A stretch of DNA of 64,000 nt. Origin: Octopus vulgaris. Taxonomy: Eukaryota. A program made the translations under genes and the position numbers. Position 1 is the stretch's first letter, and each line of letters opens with the position of its first letter. Of the stretch, positions 51,631 to 64,000 are shown piece by piece. Under the pieces are notes generated by a model. It searched no databases. It was not told the origin of the DNA and was given only the letters and a program-made list of their open reading frames with translations. The stretch is taken from assembly GCA_951406725.2 (NCBI GenBank), contig OX597823.1, positions 29,016,001 through 29,080,000 on the forward strand, in the 5' to 3' direction.

Positions 51631-52676
51631 AAATTCCTTTCTAATATCAGTACTAAAGCAATGGTCTTTGTTTCCCAAGGAACTCACTTGTGTCTCATTT
51701 TTTTCCATACAGTTTCAAATCATCCTTAAGGAAGAGGTGGTTGATTGTTTGTTTAGGATTTTCGAGCACCATCCGGAGTATCCGAGCGGTTCTAAGCAGT
51801 GCTGTATTCTGCAAGTGCTCCACCCTTATTGCAGCCCCTATTTGTTTCATGTACTTCTCAAGATTTTTTCTCACTGTGCACAGAGTTCCGACAATTATCC
51901 ACCTTTTTCATCAACCACACGTGCGTATCCTCCCAAGCTAACCTATTATATCTTGACTTTTCTTTCTTCCTTATCACATACCATCTTGTCAGCTAGGCAT
52001 GCTATATCTATGATCCCGCATCGTTTGCTTTCTTTATCAATTAATACTATGTCTGGTTTCCTATTCTCTGTCTCATGGTCGCACTGAATCATAAAATCCC
52101 ATAGAATCTTTTCATTATCATTTTCGATTATGCCTTCAGGTATATGTTCCTACCACTTTTTGCTCTGTCAAGTCGATACCTGTTGCAAAGTATCCAATGG
52201 ACAATCCTTGCTATATTGTCATGACGTCTGCTATACATTTACTGGGCTAGTGGCGCACATAGACTGGAAATATGCCATACGTTTTCACCATTTTGTCCAC
52301 AAATTCTGCACTTATCACTTTCAAAAGTGTTGTCTATTCTGTAATTGATGTAATTCGTTCCTAGAGCTTACATTTCCGGTTTTAAATCGCTTTCCATAGC
52401 CATATTTTTTCTCTGTCTGTCTTATCTTCAACTTCCCTATGAAATTGTTCATGCATTATTTTCTTTATCCACCTATTTTCAGTTTCATTTATTCTGAAGT
52501 GCTTGACCAGTGCCTAATCTTTGCAATCTTCCATCCTACACAAGCCTGACTTTCTTACTTCCAATAATAGTGGTTCTGTGACATTTTTTACATGCCATGC
52601 TATGTTGTTTTCTTCTGCTCTAACGCTGTGTTCGCATCCAATCAGTCCTCTTCCCCCTCTTTTTCTTGGTCCATAC
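51629..52676 (-). mobile_element. Distinct R4/Dong-like family fragment between (TAA)n arrays
   Basis: YGPRKRGGRGLI; KILWDFMIQCDHE..RKPDIVLI. Confidence 0.85.
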
Positions 52677-52698
52677 ATTATTATTATTATTATTATTG

Positions 52699-52756
<58 letters not shown>

Positions 52757-52939
52757 CATTATTAAAACATTTGCCGGGCTATTCAGAACTAAGAAGTCTC
52801 ACCTAGAGTGAAATTGTGCAGATTGTCAGTCCTTGTATAATAAACATAGTTCACTCTAACCAGTGTTCTACATCAGATATTTGAACAGCGTAAAATGTAC
52901 TTTTGATATTTTACAGCACTTTAAATTCCTAATCGTGTG

Positions 52940-53125
52940 AGTGTGCATCTGTGTGTGTTGGCTTGTTTATGTCCTCGTACCATAGACATTCGGCAAAAGT
53001 GACCGATAGGATAAGTACCTTGCTTAAAAGGAAAATATGTCCTGGGGTCCATTTTTCCGACTAAAATCTTCAAGTTTGTTTCCCAGTATGGCTGCAATCT
53101 AATGACTGACACAAGTCAATGAAAG
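52940..53125 (+). mobile_element. SINE family B 3' half, diverged
   Basis: GACCGATAGGATAAGTAC..CCAGTATGGCTGCAATCTAATGACTGA. Confidence 0.7.
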
Positions 53126-53203
53126 CTGAAAGAAGATACATACATACATAATACATACATACATACATAATACATACGTATATGTGTGTATATATCTCTG
53201 TGT

Positions 53204-53244
<41 letters not shown>

Positions 53245-53245
<1 letters not shown>

Positions 53246-53447
53246 AATGTGACCGCGAGTGTCCCGTTGGCGATTTTTTTCCCTCTGTCTTCCCTTCTCT
53301 GGATCTTTCCTTCTCCTATGTTTCCGACGAAGAGCTCCGCTCGAGACGTTAAACCCTCCTTCTTTCCTTCTTTCCTGAGCGTCCAATAATACTATATTTG
53401 TTCCACGTCCTCGCGTTGTTGTGTTTTTTGTGCTTTCTTGTTTGTAT

Positions 53448-53453
<6 letters not shown>
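53245..53453 (+). mobile_element. pLTR/retrozyme remnant with hammerhead (53320-53354) inside (TA)n
   Basis: GTTT CCGACGA A GAGC TCC GCTC GAGA CG TT AAAC; reverse-complement homolog of 17376-17590. Confidence 0.75.
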
Positions 53454-53499
<46 letters not shown>

Positions 53500-53506
<7 letters not shown>

Positions 53507-53617
53507 ATCATGTGACCGACCAGACCATCAGATGTTGTTACACATCGCTGGTCACAATGCGTTCGCATTGTTTTAGCCTTCGAATGACGCCACCCCGCTG
53601 GCTAAGCGAGCAGACCA
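53500..53617 (-). mobile_element. SINE family C 3' end
   Basis: Homolog of 59312-59430. Confidence 0.85.
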
Positions 53618-53659
53618 TATATATATTTGTGTCTGTATGTGTGTGATGTGTGTATACGT

Positions 53660-53860
53660 ATTCTTTTTATTCGCTTAATGGTTTCAGTAATTTGATTGCG
53701 GCCATACTGGAGCACCGCCTTTAGTCGAACAAATCGATTCTAGGACTTATTCTTTATAAGTGTTGTACTTATTCCATCGGGCTCATTTTCGAACCGCTAA
53801 GTTACGTCGACGTAAACACACCAAATCCAAGCGATGGAGGAGGACAAACACAGACACACA
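53660..53860 (-). mobile_element. SINE family B 3' half
   Basis: GCGGCCATACTGGAGCACCGCCTTTAGTCG. Confidence 0.8.
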
Positions 53861-53869
53861 TCGCGTGTA

Positions 53870-54050
53870 TATCATTGGCGATTTTCTTTCTCAGTCTTCC
53901 CTTTCTTGGACCTTTCCTTTGTCTATGTTTCTGACGAAGAGCTCCGCTCGAAACGTTGAAATCCTCCTTCTTTCTTTCGTTTCCTGAGCGTCCAACAACA
54001 CTATACTTATTCTACGTCCTCGCGTTGTGTTTTCTCTTTGTTCATGTTCG
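53870..54050 (+). mobile_element. pLTR/retrozyme remnant with canonical-core hammerhead (53927-53962)
   Basis: GTTT CTGACGA A GAGC TCC GCTC GAAA CG TT GAAAT. Confidence 0.75.
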
Positions 54051-54139
54051 TCGTATATATAGATATATATATATATATGCTCGTCGTATATATATGCTCG
54101 TCTTATGTATATAGTATATATGCTCGTCGTATATATATA

Positions 54140-54295
54140 TGACGAGCTTCTTTCAGTTTCCGTCTACAAATCCACTCACAAGTCTTTGATCGCCTCGAGG
54201 CAACAGCAGAAGGTACTTGCCCACGCAGTGGGACTGAACCCAGAACCATGTGGTTGGAAAGCAAGCTTCTTACCACACAACCACTTCTGCGCCTG
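54140..54295 (-). mobile_element. SINE family B head
   Basis: Reverse complement of the family B head. Confidence 0.8.
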
Positions 54296-54368
54296 TATGT
54301 ATATATGTACATATGTATGTATATACATAATCTAATATATATATATATATAGAGAGAGAGAGAGGGGG

Positions 54369-54405
<37 letters not shown>

Positions 54406-55073
54406 CATACATACAGACAGACAGACAGACAGACACCACGGGCTCTTATCTGTTTCTGTCTACGAAATTCACGTCTCACGGTGCCGCCGCGCAATGAGAC
54501 TGAGCCTAAAACCACTTGATTCCAAAGTGAACTTCGTAACCACACGGGCCTACCTACAACTGTGATTATGAATGTGTGTATTCATGTATGCAAGCATATA
54601 TCTATATATTATGCTTCTGTGTATTTACATATTGGAATATTCGTTACAGACTTCAGTCATTCAATGGCCGTTTTGATAGGGCACCACCTTCTCAACCTAT
54701 CATTACGATCATAACGACCGCAGTAATAATGTCAATACAGCGTTGATAGTTCTAAGTCGTAATGGTCGGCTAAATTAAGACTCAGACACACAAATGATCT
54801 GGCTTTAGCCTATGAGCTTGTATCAAACAAATGCTTGCGCACATTCTGTGTAGATGTGTAAATGCGAGTAAAGAAATATGTGTGTGTGTGTGTGTGGTGT
54901 GTGCCTCTGTATATGAGCATTTGTGGGGGTGATGTAAGCATACATTAATACACGTTGTAGTCTTTGGGTATGTGTATGTATGCGAGCAAGTGTAGCAAAA
55001 GAAGAAGAGGGAAATTTGGGAAAATGTAAAAAAAAACTAAAGAGAAACAGAATGGCATAGACACACACGCACA

Positions 55074-55123
<50 letters not shown>

Positions 55124-55213
55124 TAGAGTGAGAGAGAGAGAGAGGGAGGGAGAGAGCACATAATGCATATATGTATATATGTATACAGAAGACAGAGGCA
55201 GAGAATGGCAAAC

Positions 55214-55455
<242 letters not shown>

Positions 55456-56576
55456 TTGTGCAAGGGTGATTGAAGTAAAAGTAACATATTTGGCGAAACA
55501 AAGCGGCACATGGAGGAAGAGTGACACAGTGAGACAGAAACGAAAACGATGAGGCGAAAGTCTAATAGCAAGAATGGATATGTCGCATTAGATGACATCA
55601 TAATGGTGACATCATAGCGGTGACATCATAGCAGCGACGGAATGTCAGTGATAATATTATAGCTGTGACAGTATATGGGTAGTGAAATAGTACGATATCG
55701 TTGATATTGCAGCAGACGTTGTAATACTTGACGATATAGGCGAGCGATGTCATAGCGACGATGTTACTGCTTAAGAAGTGTTGTCATAGCAATGCTTCTT
55801 ATTGCACTAAGTGACATCAATTTCATGCGTAATACTTCGACGTCATTTACTGTCATTAGAATAGCGAATGACATAAAACGCACTGGTGCATACGTGCATG
55901 TGTGCCAGAGTATGTATGTATATATATATTTATATATACACACACATATATATATATGTATGTATCTATGCATATATGTATGTATCTGTATATGTATGTA
56001 CGTATGTATGTATATATGTGTGTGTATGTGGTAGGTATGCATCGCTGTTTTTAATACTATTTGCTGCTGTAACGGCATTTAGTTACGTCGAAGTAGCATG
56101 TGTGTGTTTGTGTGTGCGTATATATGTATGTGTAAATGTATGTGTGTGTATGTATACATATGTGTGTATGTGAATGCACACGCTTATACATATATCCATG
56201 TGTTTATGTATATATAGATATGTGTACATATGTATATATTTATATGTATGTATGCATGTATGTCTACATACACCCGTTCATACATACACACACGTACGTA
56301 TGTACATGCATGAATGCATGCATCCATCTATTCACCCGTCCATCCATCCACCCATCCATCCATCCATCCACCCATCCACCCGTCCATCCAGTCATCCAGC
56401 CATCCAGCCATCTATCCATATATGCATACATACACGCAGGAACTAATTAACAAAGTAATTACGCAGTTCGACGCAAAACTTTTACTGTAATCGCTCCGAG
56501 TTCAAATCCCGCAGAAATTACTTTTTGCTTCCAGCGTCAACAAATAAAGTTGTAATTATGTAGCAATCTCGCAGTA

Positions 56577-56661
<85 letters not shown>

Positions 56662-57012
56662 GCGTGTATGTGTGTGTGATGGACCCTCCCACCGAAGACA
56701 ACGTATAAGTGTTCCGCTTTTGCTGAACGATCTGTTCAAATGATTCGTATATAGTGATCTATTGTTTGTGCCACACATTATAGCTCACTCTCCATCAAAT
56801 CGACATTGTCTGATCAGGTGCTCAGTGCGTCACGCGTCAGGAGTTGAACAGAATGCAAATCAACGCCTAATGAAGTATTTTGCTGTAGAACACAACTCAC
56901 CACCGGGCCTAGGGATTGAAATCGTGATTTCGTGATCGTGTGCGAACACCTTGATCAATAGGCCACGTATATATATGTGTGAGTGTGTCTATATATATAT
57001 ATATATATACAT

Positions 57013-57168
57013 AGGTGCAGGAGTGGCTGTGTGGTAAGTAGCTTGCTTCCCAACCAGATGGTTCTGAGTTCCCTTGCGTGGCACCTGAGGCAAGTGTCTT
57101 CTACCATAGCCTCGAGCCGTCCAAAACCTTGTAAGTGGACGGAAACTGAAAGAAGCCCGTTGTGTATG

Positions 57169-57215
<47 letters not shown>

Positions 57216-57425
57216 ATGTGTGTGTGGGTGTCTTTGTTTGTCCCACCACCATCTCTTGACAGCTGGTGTTGGTGTGTCTACGTCCCTGTAACTAAGCGGC
57301 TCGGCAAAAGAGACTGATAGAATAAGTACTAGGCTTTACAAAATATAAATCTAGGGGGGCGATTTGCTCGACGAAAGGCGGTACTCCATCATGCCCACAG
57401 TCAAATGACTGAAACAAATAAAATT
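57013..57425 (+). mobile_element. Full-length SINE family B
   Basis: Homologous to 10822. Confidence 0.85.
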
Positions 57426-57444
57426 ATATATATACAGAGAGAGA

Positions 57445-57481
<37 letters not shown>

Positions 57482-57491
57482 TGAGAGAGAT

Positions 57492-57528
<37 letters not shown>

Positions 57529-57802
57529 GAGAGAGAGAGAGAGAGAGAGATAACTCATCTCATGTCACTTCAAGTTCACGTCAGTTGTTTTAAGAAAGTA
57601 GCTGAAAAAAATAAAAGTCAACTTCTGTCGATTTATCTGACGTAACATCGATCTCAGCCAACGTATTTCAAATCAGAAACGTTTTTAAAAGCACCTGCAG
57701 ACGAATACTGAAGAGAAAAAGCAAATAAAATATATGCGAAATTTTGCACAAACCATTTATTAAAACAGATGGAAGCTAATAAGTATTTTTTTTCTTCTTT
57801 AG

Positions 57803-58438
57803 ATTCAACTTACGATGAAAATAAACAAAGATTGCTTTAGAAGCGTTGAGAATTGTTGTGCAATTTTAGGATTTATAAATCTAGGTTTATAAGATGCTAA
57901 CTTTAAATTCAACTTACGATGAAAGTAAACAAAGTTTGCTTTAGAAGCGTTGCGATGTATTGAAAGATACAGAAATAAATTATTCTCAAACGCATGATAA
58001 TGCTCATAAAATTGCATGAACAGGATAAACTATCCATATATTGCAGAAAATAAATCGTTACCGGCTAACCTAGAGGCACGAAATCTCCTTCCTGTGATTA
58101 CGCGTCAATTGCTTTACCTTTTAGCTAAATTAACCAGTAGCGAATTGTTCTGCAATTTTAGGATTTATAAATCTAGGTTTATAAGATGCTAACGTTAAAT
58201 TCAACTTACGATGAAAGTAAACAAAGTTTGCTTTAGAAGTTTTGAGATGTATTGAAAGATACAGAAATAATTTATTCTCAAACGCATGATAATGCTCATA
58301 AAATAGCATGAACTGAATAAACTATCCATATATTTGCAGAAAAAGTCCTTGCCGGCCAGCCATGAGACTCAAAGTCACATCTCTGTGATTACGCATCAAG
58401 TGCTTTAACCTATAAGCTAAAATGCCCAGTAACGAATT
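57803..58438 (+). repeat. Tandem repeat of about 292 bp (2 units + partial)
   Basis: GGATTTATAAATCTAGGTTTATAAGATGCTAAC at about 57869 and 58160; TTCAACTTACGATGAAA occurs three times. Confidence 0.9.
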
Positions 58439-58639
58439 CGTTATATTTTTTCGTGTTGCTTTATTCTTCAGGTTATATCGCATGTCTTGGCATCAATTAT
58501 CGACGTAAATTGAGGTATGCCTATACGTGTGTGTATGTAGAGGATGGGACATTGTTTGGCTGGCTGGCTGGTCAATTTCTTGAGCCAGCTTCACATCGCA
58601 CAGAGAGATATAGAGAGATAGTAGAAAAGAGGTAAAGAG

Positions 58640-58975
58640 AAATTTTGGATAAGTGGTGCATATCCAGTGTCTTACCCCATCACCATTCCTTGAATTTTAT
58701 AACTCTCAAAAAAATATTAATTTTGTGAAAATTTTGCAGAAACACATTTCGGTGAAGAAAATTGCGATTATGAAGATAAAATCTTAAAAACAACAAACGT
58801 ATCTCTTGTATTAAGGAAATTTCACTTATTCAGCTTTATTTTAAAGTAATATTCTCTTTTTTAACACAAAAGTCTAATTATTATTATCGAACGCATGCCA
58901 TAGTTGTTGATAATATTTGTAGTAGCAAAGGTATACTACATATGCTACCCGTCCGGTGACGGGTGACACACTACT
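58640..58975 (+). mobile_element. Possible old non-autonomous Helitron 3' end
   Basis: Hairpin ACCCGTC CGGT GACGGGT followed by ACACTAC (CTAG-like). Confidence 0.4.
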
Positions 58976-59278
58976 TTGTATATAGTGAGTAGGAGAAAGC
59001 TACATCAGTAGAGGTGTGTAGATTGGTGGTTTTGATGTCGTTCTATAACTCAGTAAATCGTCAGAGACTTGCAGAAGTTTTCATCTTTGGGAAATTTATT
59101 TGAGACATGTAAATGGCGTAGAGGTGAAGAGCCTGGTGCTAAGTGCCATAACTTAATTGTTGGGCCTGCTCTGAGGACCTCGTATTCAAGGAAGTGAATG
59201 TATGAAATGACGTTGACCTTGTCCGAACCTATCACGTTGGGTGTGTGTGTGGTGTATATATATACATAGAGTTTCTAA

Positions 59279-59311
<33 letters not shown>

Positions 59312-59315
<4 letters not shown>

Positions 59316-59621
59316 CGTGAACACCGTGACCGACCAAGTTATCAGATGTTACTACACATCGCTGGTCACAATGCGCTTCGCATTGTTTTAGCCTTCAAAT
59401 GACCCCACCCCGCAGGCTAAGCGAGTAGGCCAAAAGAAGAAAGAGTGAGAGAAAGTTGTGGTGAAACAGTACAGCAGGGATTGCCACCACCTCCTGTCGG
59501 AGCCTTGTGGAGCTTTAGGTGTTTTCGCTCAATAAACACTCACAACACCCGGTCTGGGAATCGAAACCGCGATCCTACGACCGCGAGTCCGCTGCCCTAA
59601 CAACTGGTCCATTGCGCCTCC
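59312..59621 (-). mobile_element. Full-length tRNA-derived SINE family C
   Basis: Head GGAGGCGCAATGGACCAGTTGTTAGGGCAGCGG..GGTTTCGATTCCC; tail shared with the RTE at 26615. Confidence 0.9.
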
Positions 59622-59640
59622 ACACACACACACAAACACA

Positions 59641-59729
<89 letters not shown>

Positions 59730-60534
59730 CAAATAAGTAAACAAATAAGCAAACAAGTATGTCAAGGTATTAATGCAATACGGCCGTTTCAGGCAGCTCC
59801 ATTTCATCGAACAATGTAAGCATTACATCAATTTGAAATATAGTGCCATATTCGGTTGCTAAACACTTAATTTTCAACAGTCAGGATATCTAATTATAAT
59901 TTTTAGCAACTATTTCCTCAGAGCTAGAGAAGGGAAGAATTCCGTGCTGCTACTAATGTAGTAGAATAAGGTAGGAGGGAAACAACTACAATTTTGGAAT
60001 GGCAGAAATGGAGACACAGTGGGTGGAGGTCATGAGATTGTTAATTTAACTGCAATTTTTATCTATCCTCTTATCACCATCAAAAGATCTAATGCAGCTA
60101 GCATTAAGACACTATGAGTTGACAGTTAAATTCTAGTTGCTGGTCATAAATTAATATTGTTAGATATTCTCCTAGATCCTAATTCTGTAAAGCTATAGAT
60201 TCACTTGACCACATAAAAAGACAAATTTTAGAGGAAGACATTCAGATAGTGGCAAATACCCAGAAAAATAGGTAAGGTCGGAGGACATAAATTCTTTTAT
60301 TATTATCAGTTCAAGTGACCTACGATAAAAAATACAGTACCTTATAATGAGATCTTGATGGACATTAGGGGTACAAAGGGAATAATAGATATAATCAAAG
60401 TATAATAAAATCTATGTATTATTAAATTTAGTATAATAAAAGTAAAACTTTTTTTTTTTATTTTAGGAAGGGATATATGCAGCAGGTAAGATAATATGGA
60501 TAAATAGACCAATTTAAGCACTAAAAAAAGATTA

Positions 60535-60575
<41 letters not shown>

Positions 60576-61111
60576 GGAGATGGGGAGATGAGGAGATGAG
60601 GAGAGGAGGAGGAGGAGGAGCCCACTTTCGCCACCAGTACTAGTTGTAGTAATATCAGACCACCCATCGAGTTTGGTGTAAGATTGAGTCGGGAACGGAT
60701 TAAGTCCAAAAATAGGAAGACTAAACCACGCTCTTGGCATTCCGACTTGGAGTTGGAACGCAAAGAGGCGGAACAAATACCGGAAGACATCCTGTCCGGT
60801 GTTCTTATAGTTCCTACAATCCGACGCCTTGGAATGGCCATTTTTTCTCAGCCTTGAAAAGAATGAAAGGCAAAGCTGACCTCGGCAGGATTTGAACTCA
60901 AAGCGTAGAAAGTCAGAGAACATACCACAAAGCATTCTGTCCGAGACTCTAATGCCTGTCAATTCGCCACAACTTTGATTAAGATGGCGCTGCTGAACGT
61001 AGTTATGAGTATTACAGAAGAAGAAAGGCCGTTCGGAATAGATTTACATGTAGAATTAAAGTTTAATGCTCATGTAATGTGCAAAATGGATTCGAGGCTT
61101 TGGCCCACTGT

Positions 61112-61737
61112 TACTCTTTTATTTGTTTCAGTCATTTGACTGTGGCCAAGCTGGAACACAACCTTTTGTAGAATAAATTGACCCCAGGACTTATTCTTTG
61201 TAAGCCTAGTACTTATTCTATCGGTCTCTTTTTGCCGAACTGCTAAGTGACAGAGACGTAAACACACCAACATCGGTTGTCAAGTGATGGTGGCGGGGGG
61301 GGGGGGACAAACACAGGCACAAACAACAAACACATACATATATATATAGGCGGCGAGCTGGCAGACTCGTTAGCACGCCGGGCGAAATGCGTAGCCGTAT
61401 TTCGTCTGCCGTTTCGTTCTGAGTTCAAATTCCGCCGATCTCGACTTTGCCTTTCATCCTTTCGGGGTCGATAAATTAAGTACCAGTTACGCCCTGGGGT
61501 CGATGTAATCGACATAATCCGTTTGTCCCCTCTGTGTTTAGCCCCTTGTGGGCAGTAGTGAAATACATACATATATATATATACATACAGTTTCTGTCTA
61601 CGAAATCCACTTACAAGGCGTTGGTCGACCCGAGGCAATAGTAGAAGACACTTTCCCAATGTGCCTCGCAGTGGGACTGAACCCGGAACCAAGTGGTTGG
61701 AAAGCAAGCTTCTTACCACACAGCCACTCCTACGCCT
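61112..61737 (-). mobile_element. SINE family B with a nested, opposite-strand SINE family A (61349-61565)
   Basis: B tail 61112-61330 and B head 61588-61737; the A copy sits in the internal (TA) tract. Confidence 0.9.
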
Positions 61738-62280
61738 AAAATTCCTATCAAATAAAAATACACAATAAATAGCAATTTGCATGTTCTACCCAAGAAATGT
61801 TATTCAAGTACACGTATTATTATTCTTCTCTTTCGTTGTTTCACCGTTGTTTTGTGTTTTGCTTCTAATAAGTAAAATACATAACAACGTGCCACTAATG
61901 AGTGTCTTCCTCTACTAATGATTGTCTATGTAACACAGGAAACTTTCACATATAATAGGCTAGAGTTCTGTACGGATATTTATTTTAAATATTGTAACTA
62001 AAGATAATTTAATTTGTAATATCTTTTAATGATAAACTATATACATTTTAATTAAGTCTATTTGAAAATATCCTTCATGGCGCAAATGTTCATATGATTT
62101 AACGCCTGTGTCTATGAATAGGGATTTTTGTCCGTGTATTGAAATAGGAAACAATTTCAAGTAACTTAACAATTTGATAAACAGAGAGCGATTGAATAAA
62201 TCTCAGACAAAAATTACTGGCGTCCCAACAACCAACCAAATCACTGAGGATGGTTCCTAAATCAAATCAATCAATTAAAT

Positions 62281-62487
62281 TCTATTTCTTTATTCCCGCA
62301 AGGGGTTAAACACAGAGGGGAGAAACAAGGACAGACAAAGGGATTAAGTCGATTACATCGACCCCAGTGCGTAACTGGTACTTAATTTATCGATGCCGAA
62401 AGGATGAAAGGCAAAGTCGACCTCGGCGGAATTTGAACTCAGAACGTAGCGGCAGACTACTGCTAAGCATTTCGCCCGGTGTGCTAA
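62281..62487 (-). mobile_element. SINE family A
   Basis: Close to 39234; flanked by the direct repeat AATCAATCAATTAAATT (TSD-like). Confidence 0.9.
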
Positions 62488-62959
62488 GAAATTAATCAAT
62501 CAATTAAATTCTAGGCGTATCGTAGGTACATCCTAAGAGACACAAACTCTACTCACATCATCTTAAATAGTCATCAGCTCTCCTCATGTTTCCACTACTT
62601 CCACTGTCCTTTCATTGCTGTTGCTTGTAGTTTTCTTATTCCTCTTTTACCAGAAAGTTTCCGTGCGTGACCAAATTTGCCAGATTTAGGATGCAATATT
62701 GCCTAAGAAATTTTAATGAAACGTCTATACCTGTCATGCAAGGCTAGAGACACAAACGGAAAAGAAAATGCGTTGATTTTAAAAATATCAATCAATTTAA
62801 ATGTAAGTTTAGATGTACTTTACTTTTATACGTAGATCACACTACCTACCCTCCCATTTTCCAATTCTTCATGAAAGAGTAATCGATTTATTTACTGTTT
62901 TCTTGAATTTTTTCCAAGTAGTTTTTGCTTAAAGTTCTGTCATCCATCTCTGATTAATT

Positions 62960-64000
62960 CTTCTTCTTGCTCACACGTACTGCATTCTATATCATTTCTA
63001 GTAACAGATTGCTTTGCGAGTAATCTGTCGGCTACATGCTACTTTTAAAGAATTAGTGCTTCTTGTTTTGACATAGTTCGTTAGAGAAAATATTCTTTCA
63101 ATGCTTGCTGAAGAATGTGAAAAGAAAATTTGTCATAAAAAAATGTCATATATAGAATTATGAAGTCCATTTTTATATCTTTTAACTTGTACTAAGCATT
63201 GAAGAATATTTCCAGTAATGATCGGTAAATTGTCTGTTGATAATGTAGAACTTCTCCGCTGATCATTAAGATCATTTAGTCTGCAATCTAGGCATAATGT
63301 TGGGAAATGAACAGCTAACAGAATAATAGACATAGGAAATATGCTGAAAGCATGAGCTTCTTTGAGTAATACTTTTAGTTTGGCAATAATTTCATCAAGC
63401 TGAAAGGAAAACTCTTCCTTATTTAAATGCAAAGCTCTGCTAAGAATTTTAAACAATCATGTTTTGAAGTCTTTTAGACCGATTTTATCATCAAAAGGCT
63501 CTTTAATTAAATATAAAGTTACCTTTCCCCCAGGTAAACATCATTAATGTTTTTGTAGAAACTTTCATTTCTTAGATCAATTTCTCATTAGTTGACGTTC
63601 TCCAGTAATCCACCTTAAATACAGAAACTCAAGAAATATTTGTATTCTGACCATATTCAATGCTGAAGATGCTAACTTAAATATATTATCCAGTAAATTC
63701 GCTTTCTGTAGAATATACTGAAGGGAAAGAAACATGTGATTGATTCGAGGATTGCTGATTGTGTTATCAATTCTCTTAACACCACCAGCTTTGTCAATTC
63801 TCGATTCTCTTTGGAAATAAAAATAAAAGTAAAGCATTAGATTTTTCTGCTATTACCGTAAAAACTGTTTCTCCTAAAAAAAATCCCTTTGTACCATTTA
63901 GATATTTTATGATAGATGTCACAATCAAATCCCGTTGTCACTTATTGCTGCCAGAAAAAATAAGATGTTTACTCCTTTCTGAAAGCGTTTAAATATGAGA
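62960..64000 (-). pseudogene. Decayed hAT transposase (continues beyond the window)
   Basis: SHSSASIERIFSLTNYVKTRSTNSL..VADRLLAKQ (hAT C-terminal dimerisation motif), preceded by VYLGGKV and IIAKLKVL; stops and frameshifts. Confidence 0.75.

Noticed and set aside
55590-55875. GTGACATCATAGC-like degenerate repeats
   Set aside because: Low-complexity minisatellite with no evidence of function.
59168-59220. CTGAGGA...GAAA hammerhead candidate
   Set aside because: No stem I and only a weak stem II.

Overview
AT-rich eukaryotic DNA saturated with microsatellites ((TA)n, (TACA)n, (TAGA)n, (TAA)n, (CA)n) and transposable elements. The repeat style resembles a coleoid cephalopod such as Octopus; this is inference. 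No host protein-coding exon can be supported, and most ORF-track entries are translated microsatellites. Recognisable elements: a near-intact CR1/L2-group LINE (28355-32152) with a CCCH zinc-finger ORF1 and an APE+RT ORF2 broken by two frameshifts; several R4/Dong-like RLE retrotransposon fragments in (TAA)n or (CATA)n arrays; RTE fragments; three tRNA-derived SINE families, two sharing 3' tails with LINEs in this window; mariner relics and MITEs; non-autonomous Helitrons; a decayed hAT transposase; and a probable Polinton-type PolB relic. The main hidden signal is about 20 hammerhead-ribozyme (HHR)-like motifs in short Penelope-like pLTR/retrozyme remnants beside (TA)n. They include minimal type I forms with palindromic stem III, core variants with compensatory G3:C8 and U3:A8 swaps inside long head-to-head palindromes, and a tRNA-headed HHR element. 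There are also non-circularly permuted (pseudoknotted) hammerheads in at least two sequence families, with stem II covariation between copies. All folds were read by eye and need covariance-model and cleavage tests.
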